Of a stretch of 64,000 bases of DNA, positions 54,416-64,000 are shown piece after piece. The first letter of the stretch is position 1; each line of letters begins with the position of its first letter. The position numbers and the translations under genes were made by a program. The stretch is from Deltaproteobacteria bacterium (GTDB lineage: Bacteria; Myxococcota; UBA727; VGSZ01): positions 3,146 through 67,145 of the forward strand of contig VGSZ01000003.1 of the NCBI GenBank assembly GCA_016874845.1, read 5' to 3'. A model generated the notes under the pieces. The model was not told the DNA's origin, did no database searches, and saw only the letters and a list, made by a program, of their open reading frames with translations.

Positions 54416-54537
54416 TGACGGAACGCGGACAAGCCGACGGACGGTCGGCGTCGGTGACGTCGTGGCGCGGCCTCCGTCAGCGATCCGTGCGCGCCGGCCC
54501 TTGCCGCCGGCGCCGGTGGTGGCGATGCTGACAGCCA

Positions 54538-56394
54538 ATGTCGCTGCTTGCCCTGTTCATCCTGCTCGGCGTCCTCATCACGGTCCATGAGCTCGGCCAC
54601 TTCATCGTCGCCAAGCTCGCCGGCGTGCGGGTGCTGACGTTCTCGCTGGGCTTCGGTCCCAAGCTCCTGCGTCTCCAGCGTGGCGAGACCGAGTACTGCC
54701 TGTCGGTGCTACCCCTCGGCGGCTACGTGCGCATGTACGGCGACGACGCCAACGAGGAGGTCCCCGCCGACCAGCGGCGCTACGCGTTCCTCGAGAAGCC
54801 GTTCCTCGTGAAGAGCGCCATCGCGCTGGCCGGTCCCGTGGCCAACCTGCTGTTGCCGTTGGCGCTGTTCTTCGCCCTGGGTCTCGGCGAGCAGCAGGCG
54901 CTCGAGGCGCGCGTGGGCACCGTGCTGCCTGACGAGCCGGCGGCCGCCGCCGGCGTGCGCGCCGGCGACCGCGTTGTCGCTGTGGAGGGCGAGCCGGTGG
55001 CCAACTTCGACGCGCTCGTCGAGGCGATCGGGGTCCGCGCCGGCCGGGCGACGACGTTGACGCTCGAGCGCCCTGCCGCGGCCGCGGCTGAGGCCGCGGC
55101 CGCGAAAGCGTCGTCGACGACGCTGAGCGTGACGTTGACGCCTACGGCGGCGAAGTCACCAGACCCGACGGTGACGGAGCCCATCGGTCGCATCGGCCTG
55201 TTGCCCACGCGGCCGCTGCCGCTCGTCGCCGTCCTGCGCGACAGCCCGGCGGCGAAGGCGGGGCTCCTGCGCGGCGACCGCGTCCTGTCGGTGGATGGCG
55301 TCGTCGTCGTCGACGCCGCGGGGCTGCAGGCGGCGCTCGCCGCCGCCGCGCCCACCGCGCCGTTGACGCTGGTGGTCGAGCGCGCCGTCGACGGGCAGAA
55401 GACAAAGGCGCAGCACACCCTCGTCGTCCCGGGCGCCGTCGTCGCTGCGTCCGGTGCTGCCGATACGACCGCGGGCGCTTCGAGCACCGCGGCGCTCGAA
55501 GCGCGGCTCGATCAGCCGGGCGAGACGCCGGCGCCGATCCCGGCGCCGGCGCCCGCCGCCGTCGCGGCGCTGCGCTTCGCGGTGCTCGACACCGAGCTCG
55601 CCGAGCCCGAGCTCGCCGGGCGCGTCGAGGCGACGCGGGCGGCGGTGGTGGTGGCGGTGCAGCGCCAGCGGGCGTCGCGCGGGCTGACGCCGCTCGAGGG
55701 CCTGGTGACAGCGGTGGAGGCCGACAGCCCGGCGGGGGTGCGGGGCGTGAAGGCGGCGGAGCACCGCGTCGTTGCTGTCGACGGCCGCGCGCTGCGGATC
55801 GCTGGCGACCTGCCGCAGGCGTTGCAGGCCGATCCCGACGCCATCCACGTCGTGGGGCTGGTGGACGGCGATGGGCGCGGGGCGGTGTTCGCGTTCCGGA
55901 TGCAGAAGGCGACGCGCCGCGAGCTCGGCGGAGCGCGCATCCTCGGCGTGGGGCTGGCGTCGGCGCAGGGCGACGCCTCTGTGTTCACGCGTCACGTCGG
56001 CCTCGTCGACGCGGCTCGCGGCGCGGTGCGCGATCTGGCGACCAGCGCGCGGGTGGTGTTGTCGGGCTACTGGATGCTGCTGAGCGGGCAGGTGGGGCTC
56101 GACCAGATCGGCGGGCCGGTGTTGATCGCGAACCTCGCCGGCGAGGCGGCGCGTGCGGGGGTGCAGACCTTCGTGGCGACGATGTGCCTGATCAGCGTGA
56201 ATCTGGCCTTCCTGAACCTGCTGCCGGTGCCGGTGCTCGACGGCGGGCACCTGATGCTGTTCACGCTCGAGGCCGTGCGTCGTCGTCGCCTGAGCCTCGA
56301 GGCGCGCGTCCGGGCGACGAAGATCGGGATGCTGTTCGTCGGCGCGTTGATGCTCATCGCGCTCTTCAACGACCTGCGGAGCCTGCTGCCGTGA
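54538..56394 (+). CDS. rseP: RseP-family site-2 zinc metalloprotease (M50) with multiple PDZ domains
   Basis: N-terminal HExxH in TM1 (LITVHELGHFIVAKLAG). ~3 PDZ-like segments (GDRVVAVEG..., GDRVLSVDG..., HRVVAVDG...). C-terminal LDGGHLM motif in a TM. 618 aa. Confidence 0.85.
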   Translation: MSLLALFILLGVLITVHELGHFIVAKLAGVRVLTFSLGFGPKLLRLQRGETEYCLSVLPLGGYVRMYGDDANEEVPADQRRYAFLEKPFLVKSAIALAGPVANLLLPLALFFALGLGEQQALEARVGTVLPDEPAAAAGVRAGDRVVAVEGEPVANFDALVEAIGVRAGRATTLTLERPAAAAAEAAAAKASSTTLSVTLTPTAAKSPDPTVTEPIGRIGLLPTRPLPLVAVLRDSPAAKAGLLRGDRVLSVDGVVVVDAAGLQAALAAAAPTAPLTLVVERAVDGQKTKAQHTLVVPGAVVAASGAADTTAGASSTAALEARLDQPGETPAPIPAPAPAAVAALRFAVLDTELAEPELAGRVEATRAAVVVAVQRQRASRGLTPLEGLVTAVEADSPAGVRGVKAAEHRVVAVDGRALRIAGDLPQALQADPDAIHVVGLVDGDGRGAVFAFRMQKATRRELGGARILGVGLASAQGDASVFTRHVGLVDAARGAVRDLATSARVVLSGYWMLLSGQVGLDQIGGPVLIANLAGEAARAGVQTFVATMCLISVNLAFLNLLPVPVLDGGHLMLFTLEAVRRRRLSLEARVRATKIGMLFVGALMLIALFNDLRSLLP

Positions 56395-56792
56395 TCCGCG
56401 CCCTTTTGCCGTTGCTCGTCTGGGTGGCCGCCGTGGTCTCGGGGGCCTGCGAGCCGGCGGCGCCGGCGGGGCTGGTCGTCGACGACCTGCCGTGCGCGGG
56501 TGGTTCGCTGCCGGCGGACTTCACCGGGCTCGTCGTCGGCGTCCCCTTCGACCACGCCTTCCGCGTTACCGACGAGAGCGGTGGGGCCGTGACCGTCGAC
56601 GCCGTGTTCGTCGCGGGCAGCGATCCGGCGCTCACGCTGCGGCGCGCGCCGTTTGTCGCCGAGGGAGCGCTGGTGGTGCCTTTTCGCGTGCAGTTGACGG
56701 CGCCCGGGCGCGTCGAGGGCACGCTGACGCTGACGCCGCCGCCCGAGGGGCCGGCTTCCTGCGACGTCGCGGTGTCGGCCAGCGCGGGCTGA
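56391..56792 (+). CDS. Small putative lipoprotein, translationally coupled (GTGA) to rseP
   Basis: [22 protein letters not shown] is a signal/lipobox-like segment. 133 aa. High GC3 in frame. Confidence 0.45.
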   Translation: MIRALLPLLVWVAAVVSGACEPAAPAGLVVDDLPCAGGSLPADFTGLVVGVPFDHAFRVTDESGGAVTVDAVFVAGSDPALTLRRAPFVAEGALVVPFRVQLTAPGRVEGTLTLTPPPEGPASCDVAVSASAG

Positions 56793-56883
56793 CGACCGGC
56801 TGGCGGCCGGCCCGCCGCCCGGGGCACGGGCGTCCGTTCGTGGATCTGGGATTGACCGGGCAGGGGCCGGGGCTACAACCGCG

Positions 56884-56910
56884 CTGGCACTCGGGTCCCC
56901 CGAGTGCCAA
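56884..56910 (+). promoter_or_regulatory. CIRCE-like HrcA operator (CTGGCACTC-N9-GAGTGCCAA) upstream of groES
   Basis: A perfect 9-bp inverted repeat with a 9-nt spacer matches the CIRCE consensus TTAGCACTC-N9-GAGTGCTAA at 14/18 positions. It sits 60 nt upstream of the groES ATG. A GGAGG SD is at 56957-56961. Confidence 0.7.
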
Positions 56911-56970
56911 CAAGTTGAACCGCAACGAAACCGCATCCGAACGACTGCCGACTCATTTCGGGAGGATTTC

Positions 56971-57267
56971 ATGGCCCAGAAGCTTCGCCCCTTGCACGAC
57001 CGCGTCCTGATCAAGCGTGTCGAATCCGAGACCACGTCCAAGGGCGGGATCATCATCCCCGAGAACGCCAAGGAGAAGCCCCTCGAGGGCGAGGTCATCG
57101 CCGTCGGCACCGGCCGCGTGCTTGAGGACGGCTCGGTGCGCGCGCTGCAGGTGAAGGCCAACGACCGCGTGCTGTTTTCGAAGTACAGCGAGACCGAGGT
57201 CAAGATCGGCGGCGAGAACTTCCTGCTGCTGCGCGAGGATGACCTGCTCGGCATCATCGAGCGCTGA
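56971..57267 (+). CDS. groES: Co-chaperonin GroES
   Basis: [48 protein letters not shown]... is canonical. 98 aa. Confidence 0.95.
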   Translation: MAQKLRPLHDRVLIKRVESETTSKGGIIIPENAKEKPLEGEVIAVGTGRVLEDGSVRALQVKANDRVLFSKYSETEVKIGGENFLLLREDDLLGIIER

Positions 57268-57277
57268 AGCGCGTTGA

Positions 57278-59038
<1,761 letters not shown>

Positions 59039-59063
59039 GGCCCGGTTCCCGGATCGTCTGACG

Positions 59064-59099
59064 CACGAGGCGGCCTGCGGGCCGCCTCGTGCGTTCTTT
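59064..59099 (+). terminator. Rho-independent terminator after groEL (12-bp GC-rich stem, 4-nt loop, T-rich tail)
   Basis: CACGAGGCGGCC-TGCG-GGCCGCCTCGTG followed by CGTTCTTTG. It lies 26 nt after the groEL stop. Confidence 0.6.
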
Positions 59100-59205
59100 G
59101 GGGGCCGCTCACGCCCCGCCGCGCGTTGCCCCGGTCTGCCGCCGTCACTATGGTCATCGACCACGCCAGCGCCCAGACCGACGACGACGCACGAGGAACT
59201 CCGCG

Positions 59206-60861
59206 ATGCCCGAGCAGCTGCCGCGCACCCTCGGCCGCTATACGCTGCTCGAGCCGCTGGGGCAGGGCGGCATGGGGCAGGTCTATCTGGCCCGCGTCGA
59301 CGGCGCCCACGGCCTGCAGAAGCGCTGCGTCGTCAAGACCATGCACGCCGACCGCGCCGACGACGAGGGGCAGGTGCGCCGCTTCCTCGACGAGGCGCGC
59401 CTCGCGATGCAGCTGTCGCACAAGAACATCTGCCCGGTCTTCGACGCCGGCGACTTCGACGGCGTCTTCTATCTGGCCATGGACCTCGTCGACGGCGTCG
59501 ACCTGCGCGCGCTGTGGGCGGCCGCCCTCGCCGCCGGCCAGCCGCTGTCGCCGGCGCTCGCGGCGTTCGTCGCCGTCGAGCTGCTCGAGGGCCTCGACTA
59601 CGCCCACCGCGCCACCGACGTAGAGGGCAAGCCGCTGCGGGTGGTGCACCGCGACGTCTCGCCCCACAACGTCATGGTCGGCGTCGAGGGCGGCGTGCAC
59701 CTCATCGACTTCGGGCTCGCGTTCTCTACGACCAAGCTCGAGAAGACCGACGCCGACGTCGTGCACGGCAAGGTCGCCTACATGTCGCCCGAGCAGGTGC
59801 AGGGCGCCGAGCTCGACCGCCGCGCCGACGTCTTCGCCGCCGCCGTCGTCATCTACGAGCTGTTCGCCCATGAGCGGTTCTACGAGGGGCTGTCGCAGCA
59901 GCGGGTGCTGACGACGGCGGCCGAGGGGCGGTTCCTGCCGCGCGCCTGGAAGAAGCTCGAGGCGCCGCTGCAGAAGATCCTGCGGGCCGCCCTCGACGCC
60001 GACCCGAAGAAGCGCACGTCGTCGGCGGGGAAGCTCGCCGACGAGCTGCGTGCCTGGGCCGCGTGTACGGGTCTGCACGCCGACGCGGCGCAGCTGCGCG
60101 CCACGCTGCGCGCGTTGTTCGCCGACCGCGTCCGCCTCGCTGGCACCGAGCGCTCCACCGAGGCCAGCGCCGCGGCCTCGCGCTCCACGCGCGCGGCGCC
60201 GGCGCGCGAGCCCACGGCGTCGGCGACCGGTCACCGCGACGCGGCGCTGCGTGAGCTGCCCACCCGCGGGCGCAGGGGGTCGCCCCGGCCAGCCGCCCCC
60301 GCCGAGCCCACCGTTGTCTTCGCCGGCGCCGGCGACCCGGCGCACGACGACGACGACCCGTCGCCGCCGCCGCTGGCCAGCGCGTCGCCGGCCAGGACCC
60401 GGGTGCCGTCGCTGGCGTCGTCGGCGTCGTCGGCCGCCGCGCCCCGTCGGGCCGAGCCCGCCGCGCCGCCTGCGCGGGAGCCACGCGCCGACGTCGGCGT
60501 GGTCGTCAAGCAGCCGCTCGCCGCTGCCGGGGCGCAGCCGCCGCGCAAGCGACGGTCAACGACGGACTCGGTGTGGCGGGACGCGGCGCTGGGCTTCGGG
60601 CTGGTGCTCATCTTCGTCGTGCTCGTCGCCGTGGCGCCCTGGCAGAAGGGCGCCCCCCGCGAGCGCAAGCAGGCGCTGCCGCCGAAGTCGCCGGCGACGA
60701 CGAAGGTGGCCTACGTGCAGCGCTGGTGCCCGGACCTGCCGTGCCTCGTCGAGCTCGGCAAGCTGCCCGAGCTCGACGCCCTCGATGAGTCCGCATCGCC
60801 GTCGTCGTCGCCCGCGCTCGGCGCCGTGAACGGCTGCTACCTGTCGTGCCTCGGCCGCTGA
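59206..60861 (+). CDS. Eukaryotic-like Ser/Thr protein kinase with disordered linker, one C-terminal TM helix and Cys-containing periplasmic tail
   Basis: Gly loop LGQGGMGQVY. Catalytic Lys in VVKTM. HRDVSPHNVM (catalytic loop). DFGLA. AYMSPE. TM LGFGLVLIFVVLVAVAPW. C-terminal ...QRWCPDLPCLVELG...NGCYLSCLGR. 551 aa. Confidence 0.85.
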   Translation: MPEQLPRTLGRYTLLEPLGQGGMGQVYLARVDGAHGLQKRCVVKTMHADRADDEGQVRRFLDEARLAMQLSHKNICPVFDAGDFDGVFYLAMDLVDGVDLRALWAAALAAGQPLSPALAAFVAVELLEGLDYAHRATDVEGKPLRVVHRDVSPHNVMVGVEGGVHLIDFGLAFSTTKLEKTDADVVHGKVAYMSPEQVQGAELDRRADVFAAAVVIYELFAHERFYEGLSQQRVLTTAAEGRFLPRAWKKLEAPLQKILRAALDADPKKRTSSAGKLADELRAWAACTGLHADAAQLRATLRALFADRVRLAGTERSTEASAAASRSTRAAPAREPTASATGHRDAALRELPTRGRRGSPRPAAPAEPTVVFAGAGDPAHDDDDPSPPPLASASPARTRVPSLASSASSAAAPRRAEPAAPPAREPRADVGVVVKQPLAAAGAQPPRKRRSTTDSVWRDAALGFGLVLIFVVLVAVAPWQKGAPRERKQALPPKSPATTKVAYVQRWCPDLPCLVELGKLPELDALDESASPSSSPALGAVNGCYLSCLGR

Positions 60862-60895
60862 CGAAGGCGCCCGCCGCGTCGAGCCCTGTCGCCTG

Positions 60896-63826
60896 TCATG
60901 CGCCGGGGCGGAAGGCGTCGCCGAAGCCGAGGTAGGTCGTCACCGCGACGTGCAGGCCGATGAGCACGACCATGAACACGGCGATCACGACGTGGAAGAC
61001 CAGCCACAGCCGGAACACGCGCTTCAGCTTGGCGTACAGCGCGATCTGAGTCTTCGCCCACGAGATCTTCAGCACCGACTCCTTGAAAAGGTCGAACTCG
61101 CCCTGGTCGTCGAAGTGCGTGCGCGCGCCCTCGATGCTCTTCAGGAGCTGCTTGCGCGCCGGCGGCTCGCGCAGCATCGCGCCGACGACGGTCTTCTCCG
61201 CCGGCTGCGTCTTCGCCAGGTCGAAGATGCGCGTGACCTCGGCGACGTTTTTTGTGCGCTGCATGTGTGGGGTCAGCACCTTCTCCATGTCGGAGACGCG
61301 CTCGCGGATCTCGGCGACCGCGAGGATCTTGCCCGCCTGCGCCGGCACGAGACGGAACAGGAAGCGACCGAAGATGCCGGTGCCGACGACGACGGTCAGC
61401 GCGATCCACGTCCAGACCGCCAGCAGGTTGTTGACGAGGAACGCCGCGTGGAACGCGATCACCAGCGGGCTCATGATGCCGACGAACATGTGGAACGTCA
61501 GCCACGTGCGGATCGACGCCTTGCCCTTCAGCGGCCGCCAACGCTTGCGCAGCGCGTACAGGAAGTTCGCCAGCATGAACGTCGTCGCTGCGAGCCCGAC
61601 GCCGTGGCCCCACAGGCCCGACGGCTTCAGCAGGTCGTGCAGCGGCGACTCCTCGCGCTCCTCAAGCGGCAGCCAGTAGTACTCGCGCCCGATCAGCACG
61701 AGACCCATCAGGATCGACACGCCGACGGCGAACAGCGTCAGCGCCAGTCGACGCCGGCCCTTCTCTTCGAGCTCGGCCTTCGACGGCCGGTTACGGGTGC
61801 CGAAGGCGCTGCGCTCGTCGCCCTGATAGCGCCGGGTCTGCACGCCCACGGCGGTCAGGAAGCCCGACGGCAGCTCGCCACCGACGCAGACGATCACGTC
61901 GTCGTTGCGCAGCCGGGTCTCCTTGCGGCCTGCGACGGCGGCGAGGCTCGCGCTCGCGCCGGCCGAGGGCGCCTCGACTCCGTCGACGCTCTGGGCGCGG
62001 CCGTGGCCCACCACGCGCGAGATCGAGGACGACAGCCGGGCGCTCACCTCGCGGACGCGGGTCGCCGGCGCCGGCATCGGGTCGTCGGCCTCGGGCACCG
62101 TCGTCGCCGCGGCCTCGACCTCCGCCGGCGATGGGGCCGGGCGGCGGCGCGCGCCGCTCAGCTCGTCGAGGATCCGCGCCCGGAATGAGCCGGTGATGTT
62201 CAGGTCGCGCTTCTGCGTCGACGCCGAACGCGCCGCCTTCGCCTCGCGCACGTCGGCCCCGCTGCGCGAGTCCCACACGACGGTGCGGGCGTTGCGGACG
62301 TCGCCGTCGCCCGCCCCCGGCGGCTTGCGGTCCGCGAGCGCGTCGCGGGCGGCGGCGGCGTCGAAGACGACGGTGGCGCGGTCGTGGATCGGCCCCTTGC
62401 GATCGGGAAGCGCGGCGATCGCGGCGCGCAGCGGGTCGGGGATGGCCTGAGCGCCGAAGGCGCCTACCGCGTCGTCCCCGGCGTCGCCGTCGCTGGCGTT
62501 GACCGGGCGCGTGGGCGGCTGCGCCGACGATGGCGCGACCCCGCGCACGCCGGGGTCGTGCTCCTCACGCCGGGGCGCCTTGTCGGCCGCGCTCGAGCGG
62601 CTCGCCGGCGCCTTCTCGGGCTTGTCGCCGGCGGGTGCGAGGCGGATGTGGCGCGGCTCGATGGCGCTGACCTCGGTGTTGAACAGCGCCTTGACGCGGC
62701 CGTCGTCGATGAGCGCGGTGATGCGCTCGCGGTTGCGCGGCTTGACCTTGCCGAAGCCCGCCTGCCGGTATGAGATCGTGACCTTCGCGGTGCTCTCCTC
62801 AGCGAGCTGGATGGCCGCCTCGACAGCGGAGTCGCCGCCGCCGACGACGAGTACGTTGCGGTCGTGGTACTGCTCGGGGTCGATCAAGCGGTAGACGACC
62901 TTCGGCAGGTCCTCGCCGTCGACGCCGAGCTTGCGCGGGCTGCCCCGCAGGCCGATGGCCAGCGCCACCGCGCGACACGGCACGCGCTTGCCCTGCGCGG
63001 TGATGACGACGAGGCGCGGCGCCGTCCCTCCGATGCTCGTGACCTTCTGGCCCTCTTCGACGGCGACGCGGTTGGCCTTCACCAGCGTCCGCATCTCCTC
63101 AAGCAGCTCCTCCTTCGACAGCAGCGAGCGACCGAAGGCGCCGTAGTTCGGCATCACGATCTGCTCGGACATCACGACCTTGCCGCGCGGGTAGTGGGCG
63201 ACGGCGCCGCCGAGCGTCTCCTGCTCAAACACCCGCACGGTCAGGCCCTGCTCCTTCAAGGCCGCCGCCGCCGCGATCCCCGCCGGGCCCGCGCCGACGA
63301 CGACGACGTCGACACCGCCGTTCTCGGCGTCGCTCTTCTTCAGGCGCTGCTTCAGCACCTTGCCAAGCACAAGGCCCTGGCGCAGCGCGTTCTTGATGAG
63401 GCCCATGCCGCCGAGCTCGCCGATGATGTAGACGCCCGCGCGGTTGGTCTCGAACTGCTCGTCGACGTCGGGCAGGTCGACACCGCGCTCGGCGGTGCCG
63501 AACACCAGCTTGATGGCGCCCACCGGGCACTCCACCGCGCAGCGCGCGTGACCGATGCAGTGGGCCGCCTCGACCAGCGTGGCGACGCCGTCGACGACGC
63601 CGATGATCTCGCCCTCGGGGCAGGCCTTGATGCAGCTGAAGCTGCCGACGCACAGGGTCGGATCGATGACCGGGTGCAACGACAGCGGCACCGTCTGCCC
63701 TTCGGCTACCGCCAGCCGCAGCTGCTCGGCGCCCTTCTGCTCCTGCACGCTGCGGCGACGGAACAACACCGCCGTCACGACGGCAAGCACGCCGAGCACC
63801 AGCAGGGAGAGGGACGCCTCCAACAT
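60896..63826 (-). CDS. Multidomain redox fusion protein: 2x[4Fe-4S] ferredoxin + FAD/NAD(P)-binding oxidoreductase + long disordered linker + polytopic C-terminal membrane domain with conserved His
   Basis: Ferredoxin motifs CVGSFSCIKACP and CIGHARCAVECP. Dinucleotide folds VVVVGAGPAGIAAAAAL and VLVVGGGDSAVEAA. Late oxidoreductase strand DDVIVCVGGELPSGF. Then 5-6 TM helices (LTLFAVGVSILMGLVLIG...TFHMFVGIMSPLVIAFHAAFLV...LWLVFHVVIAVFMVVLIGL). The 976-aa single ORF has uniform GC3 bias throughout, including the linker. Confidence 0.7.
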   Translation of the reverse strand: MLEASLSLLVLGVLAVVTAVLFRRRSVQEQKGAEQLRLAVAEGQTVPLSLHPVIDPTLCVGSFSCIKACPEGEIIGVVDGVATLVEAAHCIGHARCAVECPVGAIKLVFGTAERGVDLPDVDEQFETNRAGVYIIGELGGMGLIKNALRQGLVLGKVLKQRLKKSDAENGGVDVVVVGAGPAGIAAAAALKEQGLTVRVFEQETLGGAVAHYPRGKVVMSEQIVMPNYGAFGRSLLSKEELLEEMRTLVKANRVAVEEGQKVTSIGGTAPRLVVITAQGKRVPCRAVALAIGLRGSPRKLGVDGEDLPKVVYRLIDPEQYHDRNVLVVGGGDSAVEAAIQLAEESTAKVTISYRQAGFGKVKPRNRERITALIDDGRVKALFNTEVSAIEPRHIRLAPAGDKPEKAPASRSSAADKAPRREEHDPGVRGVAPSSAQPPTRPVNASDGDAGDDAVGAFGAQAIPDPLRAAIAALPDRKGPIHDRATVVFDAAAARDALADRKPPGAGDGDVRNARTVVWDSRSGADVREAKAARSASTQKRDLNITGSFRARILDELSGARRRPAPSPAEVEAAATTVPEADDPMPAPATRVREVSARLSSSISRVVGHGRAQSVDGVEAPSAGASASLAAVAGRKETRLRNDDVIVCVGGELPSGFLTAVGVQTRRYQGDERSAFGTRNRPSKAELEEKGRRRLALTLFAVGVSILMGLVLIGREYYWLPLEEREESPLHDLLKPSGLWGHGVGLAATTFMLANFLYALRKRWRPLKGKASIRTWLTFHMFVGIMSPLVIAFHAAFLVNNLLAVWTWIALTVVVGTGIFGRFLFRLVPAQAGKILAVAEIRERVSDMEKVLTPHMQRTKNVAEVTRIFDLAKTQPAEKTVVGAMLREPPARKQLLKSIEGARTHFDDQGEFDLFKESVLKISWAKTQIALYAKLKRVFRLWLVFHVVIAVFMVVLIGLHVAVTTYLGFGDAFRPGA

Positions 63827-64000
63827 CTCTCGATCTCGCCAACCCTTCTACAGCGTAGGCGGCGACGACGACACCCGGGACTTGTCCAGCTTCGACCCCG
63901 CCGGGCGGCGCGGCTCCGACGGAAGGACGATGCCCGACGGCGAAGGGCTGCTATCGTGCCCCTGATGCAGGTGTCGGCGCCGGTGCGGGTCGCGTTCTTG

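Noticed and set aside
56184-56390. Using the ORF-track start (56184) for the small lipoprotein after rseP
   Set aside because: That would overlap 200 nt of rseP in another frame with an Arg-rich N-terminus. The GTG at 56391 overlapping the rseP stop gives a clean signal-peptide start.

Overview
This is a ~72% GC chromosomal segment with gene content typical of a myxobacterium (Deltaproteobacteria, Myxococcales). The supporting signs are a MYXO-CTERM-type sorting tail, a DUF507 protein, three sigma-54 enhancer-binding proteins, FHA domains and a eukaryotic-like Ser/Thr kinase. Most of the window is housekeeping: kefC-type K+ antiporter, nadA, clpX, obg-rpmA-rplU, secA, plsC, rsmI, rseP and groES-groEL with an upstream CIRCE operator. 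It also holds crtC/crtD-like carotenoid genes, a GH57/DUF4912 pair, two two-component or sigma-54 regulatory modules and many secreted or lipoprotein hypotheticals. The most unusual loci are these. (1) A translationally coupled minus-strand operon at 25.9-30.2 kb runs a double-FHA sigma-54 activator, a stand-alone FHA protein, an NrdG-like radical-SAM activase, a 389-aa unknown protein and a small membrane protein. (2) A 976-aa single-ORF fusion at 60.9-63.8 kb joins a 2x[4Fe-4S] ferredoxin, an FAD/NAD(P) oxidoreductase, a long disordered linker and a polytopic His-containing membrane domain. (3) Several genes are apparently frame-disrupted, often at homopolymer runs (TolC-like gene, the 22.9-24.2 kb region and 34.4-35.3 kb). 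These may be pseudogenes or assembly indels. (4) Two short tandem-repeat arrays sit at 22.93 kb (9-bp unit) and 54.31 kb (11-bp unit upstream of rseP). Coordinates of starts were derived from the ORF track plus manual start-codon choice. No tRNA, rRNA or CRISPR was recognised by eye. All product assignments are from motif recognition only, with no database search.
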